Shown one piece after another: positions 13,601-28,600 of a stretch of 64,000 bases of DNA. Positions within the stretch are counted from its first letter, which is position 1; the number at the start of each line of letters is the position of its first letter. The DNA comes from Tubiluchus corallicola (Eukaryota > Animalia > Priapulida), in assembly GCA_030141605.1 (NCBI GenBank), contig JAQGDQ010000660.1, positions 1 to 64,000 of the forward strand, given 5' to 3'. Below the pieces are notes generated by a model. The model did no database searches and had not been told where the DNA came from. It saw only the letters and a program-made list of their open reading frames with translations. The position numbers and the translations under genes are program-made.

Positions 13601-16600
13601 GTTTACAAAAGTAGCGAAATTTTTAAAATCCTTGATCAAAAAGCAGCTGATATATACACAGTAGCCCTCACTGTTAGGGATTAAAGCTAAAGCTAGGACT
13701 CTATGGTACATATGTATAATGCGTGATCCGTGAGGCGTAATATGTATACAAGAATTTGTATTTAAACGCATGGATGTGTTTCCAAGTGTATGCAATGTGT
13801 GATGTATAAGCTGCATTCATTCAAAGTTGTTCGCTACTGTCCAAATATGCATCGTGCAGATGGGAAGCTGCCATTGCATAATTGCCAGTGACCATTTTCC
13901 CTCCTTGGTTCCATGGTCAGGTGAGTGGTCATTTCAGTACCAGCACCTAATAATATACATTTCTTCCATTTGAGTTTCTGAGGGGTGGAAGAAGTGTATA
14001 ACTTTGTTGTTCTGCGCATGTAGTTGCAATTCTTTCACTACGTTTTGATACCCACCATATTGTTCTCTCACCTGCAAAATGTTATGCACCCAACAGTCAG
14101 CCTTAGAAATTTTTCTTTGTAGTAGTACCATGATAAGCTAATGCCACCTCTGGGATTATTTTTTGATACTGTTGCACTGAAATTTCCACATGCACATTGC
14201 GTCTAAATATTATTACTTTATTCATTTTCACGAACAGCAGTTTAAAAATGGTGGAAAGTGCTGAAAGCTAACAATCACTACCATCATGCATTACGGATCA
14301 CTGTGATCACATATCGTGCACTATGTGCATCAAGTCCTATCGTAAGGTGAAAATTTGCGGGTAATCTGAGTTCTTTACTAGTCATTAAAGCACGCATTAT
14401 AATATATAGCTTAGACTTGAATGGGACATTTCCAAAACTTTAAATCTTTTGGCATAAATGGCTATGGATGCTTCTTGCCAAATGGCATACGAAATAATGT
14501 TGTTGTTTTTACATATTAGGCTTGGTGGTGTTATATTTAGATATCCCGGATGTAATTCAATCTGTGTGTGGTGCTGGTATCAGTAACTTTCTATCTGTGT
14601 TTTGTTTGCAGCGATGAACTGCAAACTGTGTTAGACGGAGCATTTTCAAAGCAAGCATGTATTGATGCATGCTTCTTCGGCGGTAATCCTTTTGCTGGAT
14701 TTGTTTTGGGTGGTCAGTGCATTTGTGGAGTAATGTATGGACAACATGGGCCATCAAGATTACCTTGTAATATTAAATGTCTAACTAAAACAAGTGAGAC
14801 GTGCAGTGGGTTAGATGCCGATTGTGAAACATGTGGTGGTCTTCAAGAGAATTCTATAGAAGTTTTCCAAACAAAATGTAAGGTTTATTTTGTTTATTTT
14901 ACATATTTGAATATGCATGGATAATGGAGAGATTAGTTAAAATCAAACTTAAACCTCACTATAATTAAATTTGAACAACCGCTTTTTTCGTTGCACGTAA
15001 CGAATGACGTAATGAGTACAGTCACACGGTCACCAAAAATCGGTAAATGATAATCGGTAACCAAAGGCACTTTCTGTACTACGTACGTTATTCTCACTCG
15101 CTCTTAGCGAAAATGCGAAACATGGCGATCTTTACAGCAATGTACGTTTACGAAATTTCCTAGAAAAAGGTAAGTTATTTAATTTATGTCACTTTTGTTT
15201 AATAATAACTATGAATCGTGTTATGTGTAATTGCTTGTGTAATCATAATAATGCCTTAAAAAACTTCAGTGTTTGTTGGGATAATATAGGCCTTTAAGTT
15301 AACCTCAAAATGCTGTAAGCAAAATGGTAACCAAGATGGTTATATGACAGACATAACCTTCAAGACAGCAAAAGTAGGAAGAAAATGTGAGAAAGCTTCC
15401 TGATAAAAGGACTACGACAACAGCGATAGAATCATTTATCCGAAACTCACACAGCATAGGTGATAACGTGTGAGAAGGTTTTTTGTTGTGTAGTTCAGGT
15501 TGGACGGTGAAAGAGAAAAGACTAACCTGGTGGATGATGATCACCTTTGCCTTTTGCCTCACCAAACAAAACACGAAATGTTGAGAAATAATATAAATGA
15601 CTAGCATTCATTACATATGACCATACACCACAAAAACATTACAGCATACAATCATTATGAGCAATGATGAGAAGCAAGCTGGAAATCAGTATTAGTAATA
15701 ATCACATTTATATTCCAAAAATCAAAATACATCAAAATAACAGAAAAAATGTCAGCGAAGTAACCGATTTACAAATATCATTATGAAAATGTCGATGAAA
15801 ATTAGCCAGGATCAATGCTGATTGACATGCTAGCAAACAGATAACTGATAATGAACCTTAAAGACGCAGAGCCTAAATACAAAACTAGCTATTCAAATAA
15901 TAGTCAAACAGGTTAGCAACACGTTAGTATGTTAGAAAAGGCAAGGTGAAATCAATGACAAATCAATGAGTAAGAGTCACGAGGCACTAGCAAAAGTGAC
16001 TACAAAGTGCTAAAGAGACCTGAGACCTAATCAAATGATTGATAATGACTTAAATTAGCCAGTAATCATAAATAGTTAAAGGAAAGACTAACCCTCGAAC
16101 AATATTCATTGTTTTTTAATATACACTTAAAAATATTGAAATTACCACTTAATATATTTACATAAAAATGCAAAAATCTTTAAATCATTCCTATCTCCCA
16201 CCAACCGACCCTTGCTGCAAACATATTTGAAAAATTTGGAGTAAGCTGGGGGCTAGCATAAATGCACGCATATCAAAGCTTCTGCAGTTCACTCAGCAAT
16301 TCCACTTTTCTAGCTGAATAAATATTTGTGTCTAACTGTGTTGTGTAAAAATTAGTTCTTGGATCAATATAAGTGCTCAAATAGCTTTATAGATAATCAT
16401 GGAATTCTGGAGTACTGTGAGCATACAAAAGGTGTCGGGCTGTTTACTCAGCTTATAGAGTTCAGTTTTAGTGTGCAAAACTATTATTCTGTTACTTTGT
16501 CAGCATTAACTAGCTGAGTTGAAGATTATTATATTATCGTTGGTAACTGTTTTCATTTCTTAATAGGCAATGGGATTTATCAAGGAACAAAAAATAGTAT

Positions 16601-19600
16601 TACTAATTTCTCTAACATTTTGGATTGTTCGTATTTGGTAATAGCACCTAGCGGGCTAAGCGTTTATGTTGTACAGTAACCAGATGATGCCTTTTTTCCA
16701 AAATCAGTGTACCCCCCAAGCTTGAAGTGGTCAGAACGTTAAGTTGATTTTACTAATTACATGAAGCGCTTATCACGATTTCATTGCTGAAATTATCTGA
16801 CATTTTTCTGAAATATTAAAATAAATTCAATTCCCCCCCGAGACTTAAAGTAAAGGTTTTACTTTAACAGCAAAATGATGCTGTCACTTGTCTATGTAAT
16901 CACGGGATAGCCTCCGAAAGAGTGCAGAAATGAAGATATATTTAGACTCATGGCATGTAGCTCAGTCAAGTGGTAAACATTTGAGAGGTTGCTACACAAT
17001 TCGACAGGGACAAAATAAATTTAAATGACATATAAAGCTGTACATTAGAGTAATAAAACTACATATAAATGACATTGACGTTTACAAAACTCTATTTTTT
17101 TAAGTGTTTATAGTCTTTATCAGTTTTACGACTACTATGTTTATTTAATATGAATACTTTACTTTGCTTTGCTTAGATAACAAGACTAATTCGGGAGTAG
17201 GACTTTTATCATACATTGAAAAAGTACCGGCAAGAGGACACATAGATGGATGTTTTGAGCATCAAGAAAGTACATTTCCTTCAGCTATTACCTATCAAAC
17301 AGACAGCATGACCGTGGGAATGTGTGTTTATATATGCTATTATCAAAGTAAGTATGGTTTTTTGTGTGCCACTAGGTTGATTGCTGATTATACATAAACC
17401 TTTAGGTTTATTAATTCTGACTTATCACAGTTCAATATCTAAAACTATCATCAAATGTCTGTATACATTAATTTGTAAAACATATGGATACATATACAGA
17501 TTATTTTGCCAAAGTATACTACATTTATATTTTAGATCAATGGCATTGTTATTGGTTGCAAATGTTAACCATATAATATGTAGTTAATACCTAGTAAATC
17601 ACACACACACACACACCGACAGAAGTCAAGATTTAATTCATGAAATATAATGAGACCTCACCTAAGCTTCATGACTTTTACCATGACAAAATAATCTAAA
17701 GATTTAATACCCAAGCATCAACGATTGCAAAGGTAAATCCAGTAAATCCAGACCAAATTTAAATGCACCAGAGCTAGCTGAAGGCTAGCAAAATTTTTAG
17801 TACCATGCACTTCTGCAATTTAAATCAATTTAGAACAGTTCTAATTAGTTAAATAAATTTAACGAATTGCTGTGAACCAATGACATCTTGGTTAATCATC
17901 CTACCAAATTTCAACTCTGTTAGCTCATTGAAACGTGCAATTTAAATCAGTGAAAAATTAATTAAACAGCTCTAATTTATTAACTAAATAGCAAATTGTT
18001 ACCACTTTTTTCATTTTAAACCACGCACATCCTAGCTAATCATTGTGGCAATTTTTAACTCATTTGAATGTACAGTTTTCGTTTTGGGTTGATGTAAAAT
18101 TAATTAATTACGTAACTCTAGTTAACTAACTAGTTAAGTGTGACATATTTTCATCGTGAACCAAGGACATTCTAGCTAATCATTACACCATATTTCAACT
18201 TAATAAATAATAATTGATTAAATTCTTTTGGAGCTATATCAACTCATTGGGCATGAAAAATGTAACTTACAAAGGTAACTAAACTGTGCTGGACAGAATG
18301 AATTAATGAATTGTTGACTGAATAACAGAATTTTTTTAAGACCCAAGTTAATGCTCTTAAAATAAAAATAACGTTGAAAAAGACTGACGTATTCTTATGC
18401 CTGTTAGTTCTAGTACATTTGATGTTCAAACTTGATCCACTGGGTAGAAAATTAATTTCTCAAAGAAAGGAATGCGAAACATTTTTCATCATTTTAGCTA
18501 GTTTCATAAAATTGCTATCATTATGCTGAGTATCTAAGTAAATTATGTTTAACTGACAACAAATTTCTTGCACTTGTGTCGAGAAAGATTTAATTCCATA
18601 TATTGTCGAGAAATACAATATATCAAACTTTCTTCACTTTAGCTCTAATATGTTCCTAAAATGTAAGTTTATTATCAGTCCAATGACCCAAGTATTTAAA
18701 TGACAACTTATTTTCTACGTGAGTACCTTCAATTTCAGCATTTTTTTCCACTGATTTGTTAACTATGAAAACCAAATATGAGTGTCTTAGTTTTAGTCAC
18801 ATTTACATCGAAACAGTTACTTTTATGTCATGTATTAACAGTAATAATACAATTCATACAATTCTATTCTTGATTATTTCTGATGGAACCCAGTATAGCC
18901 ATATCATCAGCAAACTGTAAAAAATTTACAGAAGCTTTTATTGATTTGCAAGTCTTTAGCGTTCAACACATACAGAATGGGTTGATACAACGGTGTACAA
19001 CCCTGAGGTATAACTCAAGATACTGTCCCAGTTACAACATACTGTTTATAATTAATCAAAATATTTAAAATCCGTAACTTGGCTGCTGCTGATGATAATA
19101 ATAATAACCTTTAATTTCAAGTCTGTTTTAAATTCAATAGACAACACAACCCTGCTGTGAGGTTTTTATTGCAGACTGTAAATAACTGACTACAACTACC
19201 AAACAGAGATTATTATTACCCAATCTTTACCCTAAATACCACATGCCAGGCATGGCAACAACTGGTACCATTTTTAAAGTCTTTGGTATGAATTGCCGCA
19301 GTGTCGAACTAGCTAGACAGAAAGCGGGCACACGTTAACACTAGAGTTAACCGTTTGGTCTGCTAGTATATTGAATGGATTTACTTTATTTAGCGTAAAA
19401 TGGAGAAGTGCTGTGATAGAATTGAAAGTATAGGTCTTAAATCATCATGTCCATTGACAGGACAAATGTATGTGTTTCTTATGGCTTATAGTGTAAATTT
19501 CTGGGTCTGAAAAGTGTGCCTCTATGGTGTAATGATTAGCATAGTTCCAATAGCAGAAGATCTTGTGCTTAAGTACCAGTGTGTAAAGTCACTAACAGGA

Positions 19601-22600
19601 ATTAGGCACATTTAGGCAAAATAAACTATTTTATTGAAAACAGTAAAGGAGTTTCATAGGTGGCAAAGGTGGCAATGTTACAGCTGGCTTACAACAGGGC
19701 AGCTAAGTAGTAATGCCTACGTTATAAGTAGGATGTACACAATGTGACGGAAGGGAGTGTTGGCACAGTTGAAGTCTTGGTGCTCTTACAAGTGGAGGTG
19801 CAAAAATTATTCAGATTTGTTAATTTAAATTGTTGTGTGCATTTGTATGGGACCGGTTCTACCACTAGGCAAACTAGGCAGTTGCATATGGTGCTAGATT
19901 CTGGAAACAATCCTTTAATTTTAAATTTAGCACACATAATAACACATTTTTTGTGTAATTAGTCAAGTGTCTAATATTTAAATTAAATGAAACGAACTGC
20001 TTGCATTATTTTTTCATGTCAAAATGCATTGATTTATGGACACTAGCAATTAAGTTTGTTCTGCAGCAAAACGCTTTCTTCTTTTGCTATCCAGCTCCCT
20101 AATAATATGTCAGTTCACCCAAACCCATGCTTTTGCTCATATTTTCTTTTGCATTCACAGAGCAGCAGTGTGTGTAATGATTTTGCTGACAATAAAAATA
20201 TTTCTTACAATAGCATTTCTTACAATCTAATTATAGCTGATAAACCTATAAGAATGAAAGTTTTCAGGAGCAGAATACAGAAAAGGAAAGAAACAGCTGG
20301 CAAACATTGAATAGTTGCTTATGAAATATGCAACCAGACCATATAGTTGTGAAGATGACGAATCTAACAAAATGGAGTAAAATGTGAAAAAGAGGGGTTA
20401 CTGTTTCCAAATTTTTTTTTTTTTTTTGATGAGGGAAATCTAGTCAAGAGCAGCAGAAATTTAGCTGTTCATGAAAATCCAGGACATACAATGGAGTCAT
20501 AAGCTCAATTAGTAGTCGACACTAAAATAGCTACATGTAATTAGCTGCACTTAATTAGTACACTATAGTATAAATATAAATATAACAGGCTAATGCACAG
20601 ATACCGTTACATTTTTTTATAATGTTACACAAGAAACATTTTGCAATTGTGATGGATCTGTAGTGAAGGGATTGACTGGGGAGGGGGCGCTACAAATACT
20701 TTTGCCTAAGGCATTAAACTACCTAGAGCCGGTCTTGCATTTATATGATTTGTATAATTACATTGCAGATCTTAAATACGCAGCTGTGGTAGAATATAAT
20801 GCATGCAGCTGTTCCAATGAACTCACTGCTAACCCGACAGTTGGATGTCAGGATGATATGTGTGGTGGACATTTCTTTTCAAAGACTTTCAATGATTTTT
20901 GTGGTCGGAAATCAAAAAACCGTATGGCTGTATACAAAACAGGAGGGCCTCTACACATTGGTAAGTAATTGGAAAAGTCTATGACCTTCACTAGTTGTAA
21001 GTTGTTATATTACTTTTGACTTTATTCATCATCATCATTACTTCTGGAGTCACACGTCCTCTGGCATGCAATCACTTTAGTCTGTGCTGCTCTGTTATCT
21101 GCAACCTCCCATGTCTCTGTATGTTTGATATCTAATGATATGTTGATAAGATCTGTTTGGATGAAATTGATGCAAGTTAGCAGCTGTCCTTGTGGTTTCT
21201 TTTCTTTCACCAGTGCTTCTTAGAAAGCTAATTTTAATGGGCTGTCAGCTGGTAGTTGTGGTTATTAATCAGTTTACGTGAGTGTTGTGTTTATTAATCG
21301 TGCATGTGTAAACCATGGTAATTGTCTTGACCATTTTCTGTTTGCCAATTTTGTACCAATTCCAAGAGACAAGCGACGCGACTTATCTAGTATTCCTAAT
21401 TATAGGGATATTACACTCTCCTCTCCCTTAGGGAAAATTTTAGACTGGATTATTTTGTGTAAATATTGTGATTACTTGTATACCTAAAAGTTGCAGTTCG
21501 GGTTTAAGCCCAATGTGTCTACTACAGTGGTTGCAGAACTGGTTTCGCAGCAAGCGCTCGTCTTTTACGCCTGTTCCCATACTAGCTTATAACATAAGAC
21601 TGAGTGCAGAAAATTTATCTTTTAAGTTTACGTATACATACATGAAGCCAGTCATGTTACCTATGCAAGAACATAAACGATCTTAAATAATATTTACACT
21701 GATAAATCTCATGTTTATAAATATTACGTGACGAAGTTCGAAGCTCATGTTATGATGGCGCATTTTCGATCAGTGAAATTATAAATGGTGGTGTGTGATG
21801 TCCATTACAACAAGATCCAGGTCAAAATCACTTATGGAAACAGAAAGTCGGGAATCAACGGTGGAAATTACAGTTGCAATGATGTCAAAAAGTACAAGTA
21901 AGAGACATAATGGTGAAGGTAATATGAAATCTAATACTTGCGAAAAACCTTTTGTCTGAACTGTTAAAGTTTAGAGCAGAAATGATGTCTGAAATGGGCA
22001 AAATCCAAATTGGTTTGGAGCACCTTAAGGCAGGATGAACATTTTTGGAAACTAAATATAATAATGTTTGTATGACGTATGACAGTGCCTTAACCAGATT
22101 CGAAAATACTGAACAAGAGAACTAGGATCTTAAACCCTTAATGAAAACCACTGAGTCTAAAGTAGCTAACCAAGCTGCAGAAATTAAAAATCCCGAACAG
22201 TATATTCGTAGAGACAGTCTATTAATTTACGGAATCCCAAAGCAGAATGGGGAGAATACTGACAATTTAATTAAGTGCATAGCTAGTGAAATGGGATGGC
22301 CACTAAGCAATACGGACATCAGTGTATCACACTGTATCCCATCAGAGAAAGGTATAGAACCCATTTTAGTAAACTATAATTATTATATAATATAATTATA
22401 TATTATTATAAATTATAATAATATATTATAATACTTATTATATAATATATATTAAGTTATTATTATTACCCCCTCCCCCCTTTTTAAAGTTTATGTGATC
22501 ATCCAACAAAAACTTTGTTACCAATAGCAATGAAATTGATCAGGAGTACTTGCTAGCATATTTTTTACATCTTTTAAACTTGCACTCCTTTAGCAATATT

Positions 22601-25600
22601 TCATTCTATTTTTTTTCTATTCTGTAATCTCTTTAACTTTGGTTTTCCTTACACTTTTTATGGTACCTGTTAACAGTTTTTGTCCAGTATGTGATAAATG
22701 TGCTCTACGTAACCAGCACACGTTGAATTGCGACTGTTGCGGCGAAACTATTCATATAAAATGTACTTATTTTTAAACTACCAGCTCCTGGTGATGTTTT
22801 GTTTCGCCACTTCTGCTTGCAAAACTATTTCCTTATAATAATATTATTGACGATATTGACGATAATGAATTTAAATTTGTTGTCAGACCTTCAATAAGTT
22901 TCTGAATATAATCTGGATATTTTTGAACATCAGTTTGGTGATAATTTGAACAGCTTAGATGAAATTGATCCTGACTTGCAATTCTTTAATAATTCTAACA
23001 AGTTACCAAAAAGCAAATATTTCGACATTAAACAATTCTCATCAATGTGTTCAAATTTATGTTATAATAACAGTTTCTTAATGATTCATTGACAGGTTAC
23101 TGTTTTGTTAGTAAAAATCGAGAATATAAAAAGGAAAGTGATGTAGGTTTATACATCAGTAATAATATTAATTATTTAGTAAGAAATGATCTCAGCGTCA
23201 GTAGTCAAATCTTAGAAACACAAACCACCTGGTAAAGATCCCCAACGTTTCACTGAGCAGTTATGTAATTTATTGTCTACTGTAACCTGTCATAAGAAAC
23301 AAATTTTCATTCTTGGTAACTTCAATATTAATGTGTTAACCTTCTCAATCCATGAGGCTACATCTGATTTTTTAAACGCTATGATCTCTAATAGTATTTT
23401 TCATGTAATTAACTTACCTGCACATATAATGCCTAATAGTTCAACATTGATAGACAATATTTTTACCAATGTAATTGAACATAAATTCAAATCTGGTAAT
23501 TTACTTTTTGACATTATCAATCACTTGCAAATTTTCTTGATGCTTCTATAATGACCGTATTAAATGCAAATTAGCTTCTGAGGGTTGATATTGATTGGAA
23601 TGATGTGTGTACTACATCTGAACCACAATTTATTTTTAAATAAATTTACAATAACAATATAACTACAAATAACAATACTAATGTAAATTCCGGTGCTATT
23701 AAAAGCCATAGATAACAGCTGCCATTTTAAATAGCATAAAAATATAAAACTAAGATGCATTACAAACTTCTCTAGAATAATATTAATTATGACTTCACTA
23801 TTTATGAATAGTACAAACAGTATTGTATTAGGTTAAACAACATAAAATTTTCTAAATCTAATTATTATCAAAACAAACTAAAACATGTTTAAACTAACTT
23901 TAAGAAAACATGGACTATTATGAAAGAAATTACACAGTGAAATAGAAAATCTGGTTCATATGCTCTTAAAATTAACAACACGTTAATAACTGACAATAAG
24001 TCTGTCGCTTGTGCTTTCAATGAGCATTTTTCGCAAATTGGTCACATATTAGCTGCAGGAATTCCAAATACTGGTGTTAACCCTAAAGTTTATCTTAAGG
24101 GTGATTATCAATCGACTCTTTTCTTCAGTCCTGTTACAATAAATGAATTAAAATCTACTTGTAAATCTTTCAAGCATAATAAAGGGATAGCCTTGATAAT
24201 TTTCTCCCCAAAGTCATAATTGATTTTATTGATAACTTAGCTGCTCATTTAACGCATATAACTAATTGCTCATTGACAACATGAATAATACCTTATCAAC
24301 TCAAAAAATCAGTAATTGTTCCTTTTTATAAGGAGAAAGACTCCTTAGATATTAATAACTTTAGACCTTTATCATTATTGTCTTTTTTCTCTAAAATATT
24401 AGAAAAGATTCTCTATAAAGGATTATTATCACTTGACTATACATAATATACTTTATAATCATCAGTATGGCTTTAGAAAGTGTAGTTCCACACAGCTATT
24501 CCCTAATTAATATAATAAACAACATAATTAATTCATTAGAACAAAACACTGTTGCCACTGGCATTTTTTGCAACTTTTCTAACGCCTTTGATACTGTGAA
24601 AGTCATGTTTGAGGTTGTAGTTGAACACTTTGTAGAAAAAAAATAAACACTATACTACATATCTGCACAAAACTGAAAAGCGTTTATTAGACTACATACA
24701 CATACGTAGAATGACTGCTACACTGAACACTGAGAACAAGAGTGTCCTGCACTGATCACTGAGAGTTAGACAGTAAGTGACATGAGTATCACGACTGCTG
24801 CACTGCACTGAGAGTGTGAGTTAGACAGGTGTGTAGCACGACTAGCATGACTTCTGCACTGCATTGAGAGTCAGACAGTGACTAGAAAGTAAATCCAGTC
24901 AGTATATATAGGTATAGGTAATTATGCAAACTTGGCTTCACAAAAACCATTACTGTAAAATAGGGAGAGATCCAGTGAATATGCATATTATACTATCGGT
25001 ATAGTCACCGTATATGCATATTCACCGTACAATTATACTAGGGGTGAGTTTAGCTAGTAAAATGTAAAAGGATTGGTTAATATATGGCAGCACCTAAAAT
25101 ATACAGTTACAATTTCCACAGATACAGTTAATCATGGTGTTTTGCCAGATAAGCTATTTCGCTATGGCATTAGAGATGTAGCATACTCATGGTCTGCTAA
25201 TTACCTCAAGGGTCGAACTCAAATAGTTAGATGTAACATTTTTCTTTCCAATGAAGCAATAATCACACATGGGAGTGCCCCCCAGGGATCTAATTTGAGA
25301 TTGCTATTGTTTTCAAGATATATTAATGACTTACAAAACTGTATTACTGACAATGGAAGGCCCTTCCAATTTGCTGATGACACAAGTATTTTCTTCAAGA
25401 TCAACAGCAAGCTGCTGGACAGTAACATCATTAATAATGAACTCAGTAAAATTACAGCTTCGTTTATAATCAATAAATTAGCATTAAATTCAACTAAAAT
25501 TAAATACATTTTATTCAGAGCTCGTAACAGAAGTATAAATATGAACAGCATTATAAATATTGATGGCGATGCTGTAGAACAAGTAAATGAAATGAAGTTC

Positions 25601-28600
25601 TTAAGTGTTATCTTAAATGAACATTTAGATTGGAAACCACACTTAAACATGATTCATTCTAGAATTGCTAAAAACATTGGGTTAATCAGTCGAGTTAAAC
25701 ATTTTTTACTAAAAACATCTTATCACACTTTATGATTGTCTAGTACTGCCATACTCAACCTATTGTAATATACTTTGGGGGCACACATACCCTTCATCTC
25801 TACTTAAATTAAACTCTCTATGACGTCAGTTCATAAGATTGATAGCCAAACATACATTATATGACAGAAACTCAATAATGGGTTTATTCTAGAAGATGCA
25901 TTTAAATATTTCATGTATTATCTCGTAAAATTGTAAAAAGATGCGAGTTAAGGTCCAGACAACTAGCGACAATAAACTTAGCAAAAGATCATATAAGCTG
26001 TTTAGAAAGTATCAATTGAGAGAAATGTTAGAATATGTGGTGTCTAGCCAGGGCTCACATAGAACTGACAATCGCTATGTTGCTCCTTTGTTCATTATTG
26101 AGGATGACCGTGGACATGGTATAATACGTGTCTAAGGTCTTTCTGTATTAGACTTAACGTATGCATTTAATGTAATCATGTCGTATTGTAATTTCATTTC
26201 TCTTTACTAAAACATAGAGCTAAAATATAGATCTGTTATAATAGACCAGTCAACCTTTATTACTAAACATACACTAATTACTCTTGTTTCATTGGCATTG
26301 TAAATATCATATCTGTAAAAATGTAATATTCTTCAGTAGTTATGAACATATTTTAATTACTTGTTATTCTTTTTGATATAAAACTAAAATTATATACATT
26401 TAGGAAATTACTACAAATTCAATTCAATTCAATATTTATTTGCATCGAAAATGCGAAAGTAATTGAATTAGGGGCATTTAGTTGCCCAAGTTAGTGGCTC
26501 TCCTGCCTATTTTTACCCAAAGTCAAAGTTTTACATAAAGTTAAAAAGTTAAAACATTCAATTAAATCATTAAAATCAGATAAAATATGTTCAAAGACTA
26601 AAAGTCAGCCATTCATCATAATAAAATTAAGGGCTTTTGACATCAGGTTCACTTAACCTTCATTCGCTGAACTTGTGAAAAGGCTTATTATTTTGTTGCA
26701 GTAATTTTTGTGCACTTACGAAAGCAACTTGTTAATTATTTATTTACATATCTTTACTGTTTTAGACAGAGCAAGCTTTACTTTCGTTGGATGTTTTGTG
26801 CGTGGGGATGGAAGTCTTAGAGATTTTTGGTACTTTGGCTACACCTATATTAAGCCTAAATCTGGTTGTATGCAGCACTGCTTGAGTCTTGGCTATCCTT
26901 ATATTGGTCTACAAAACTCAACATCAACAGGATTTCGCTGCATTTGCAGCAACAGTTATGGAAGATTTGGCCGACCAAAGACCTATGATTGCAGTGAATG
27001 CCTTGAGCATTCAGGACTATGTGGTAGTGCAAATACGTATGCTGTTTATACTACACACGGTAAGTTTATGTTGTCTTGTGTAAATTTGACTTGAAAGCTA
27101 GTGCTAAAGGCAAAATGTTCAGAATATTCATTATATCAAAATGCAGCTTAAACATAGCTGGTAATGACATTACATTTAAAAATTGATGAAAAGTTTTACA
27201 TGTACAGAAATGGTTCTGTAATTTGCGTATCACATTACTTCTATCCCTTAGTACAATAATTTTACTGGTGTGAGTGCTAGAAGACCTAGCTTCTGCTCCT
27301 ACTGCAGCAAAGCCAAAAAATGTCAAAGAGAACTTGGGGAAAATGAACAACAAAAATACTTGATTTATCTTACAGTGGTTGCCTTATCAGTGAATCGTAG
27401 CTTTATAAATGCACAAAATGAAGCTTGATGCAACATTGGAGGACTTCTGTAGAGCATTTCATTAAGAAGACCTTTCTTTATTGGTAGCCGACTTGAAGCA
27501 TAGTCATGAAGCGTCACATATTTGAGTTACCATATTCTTACGTAAAATCATAATGATCGTGTAGTAAGTTGATTGAGTCAGGATATTTGCTGTTATTGCA
27601 TAAACTTGAGGAATCTGTTTAGGCAAGATGCAGAATCTCAGACGCACAGCTGTCTTAAAGGAATCTAAATCATATTAAATATGTACAGGCAAAGCAGCAT
27701 GAATTAAAGACAGAATTGCTTTTACATACAACACCTTTAACAATGTAGAGTAACTGACTTCATCAAATGCACATTTACAATACATCAAGCACTTTAAATA
27801 GTATCAGTTCCTCTATTCATATATAGTTGAGCAGTTTCTTTCAACATGTGAGTGCACATTGTTTTAAACATATTGTTTAAAGTCACATTGTAATCCTGAC
27901 TACAACAGTTTAATTTTGAACTTGTTTCTTTTCAACTGTTTTGCTGCTTAATTACAAAAGCTGCCAAAATGGGTGCCTATCTAACTACATAACTACACAA
28001 ATGAATCCAGGGTACTCGGTGTCATTGCTGACAGTAATCGAAGTTTTCACTCAAATATAAGTGCTGTAAGGAAAAAGCTTGGTTTAAATGTCTATGCATA
28101 AAGAAATTTTGTTTTAAAAATAAAGGGATAAACTAGAACGATATGCAATCTGTTTAATTTGTTTAAAAGCTAAATAATACCTGTCAGTATGTATACATCT
28201 ATAGCCTGGATGAATGAAAAATGTGATCTGTTTGATAACTTAGTTTATGATGGTCTGAAAACTGCAGTGTGATCGGGCTACAATCCTGCCAAAGATTTAG
28301 GTGAGCGTTTGTGTGATATACGCCCCTTTGTATATTTTATTCTCAGCCAATGCTTTCAAATTCGTTTTAAAGGCACTTTTCCGAGCAGGTGAAGACAATA
28401 TTTTGTCTATAGAGAAAGATCTAAGTAACAGCATTTTTCATAAACATTTTTGGCTAGTCACTAAAGAACAGAAATCTTTTCTTTGAACAATATAAGAACA
28501 ATAAAAAACATCAACATAGCGAGAATTAAAACGTAAGCGATATGCACGTACGCAATGCTGAGAGTGATAATCTAATCAGGACTAATCAGGAATACTGTCT

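Larger units (their letters stand above)
21798..25880 (+). mobile_element. Decayed L2/Crack (CR1-group) LINE with ORF1 and ORF2 remnants
   Basis: ORF1-like [15 protein letters not shown]; PHD-like CPVCDKC...CDCC...HIKC at 22681; endonuclease ILGNFNIN and TLIDNIFTN; RT AFDT|VNH, PQGS, FADDT, and YCNILWG. Many stops and frameshifts. Confidence 0.88.

Noticed and set aside
14541-14611. Alternative acceptors for exon 6 (14541 or 14584)
   Set aside because: 14541 in phase 1 runs into a stop and is out of frame with the WSC. 14584 has no pyrimidine tract and would orphan exon 5.
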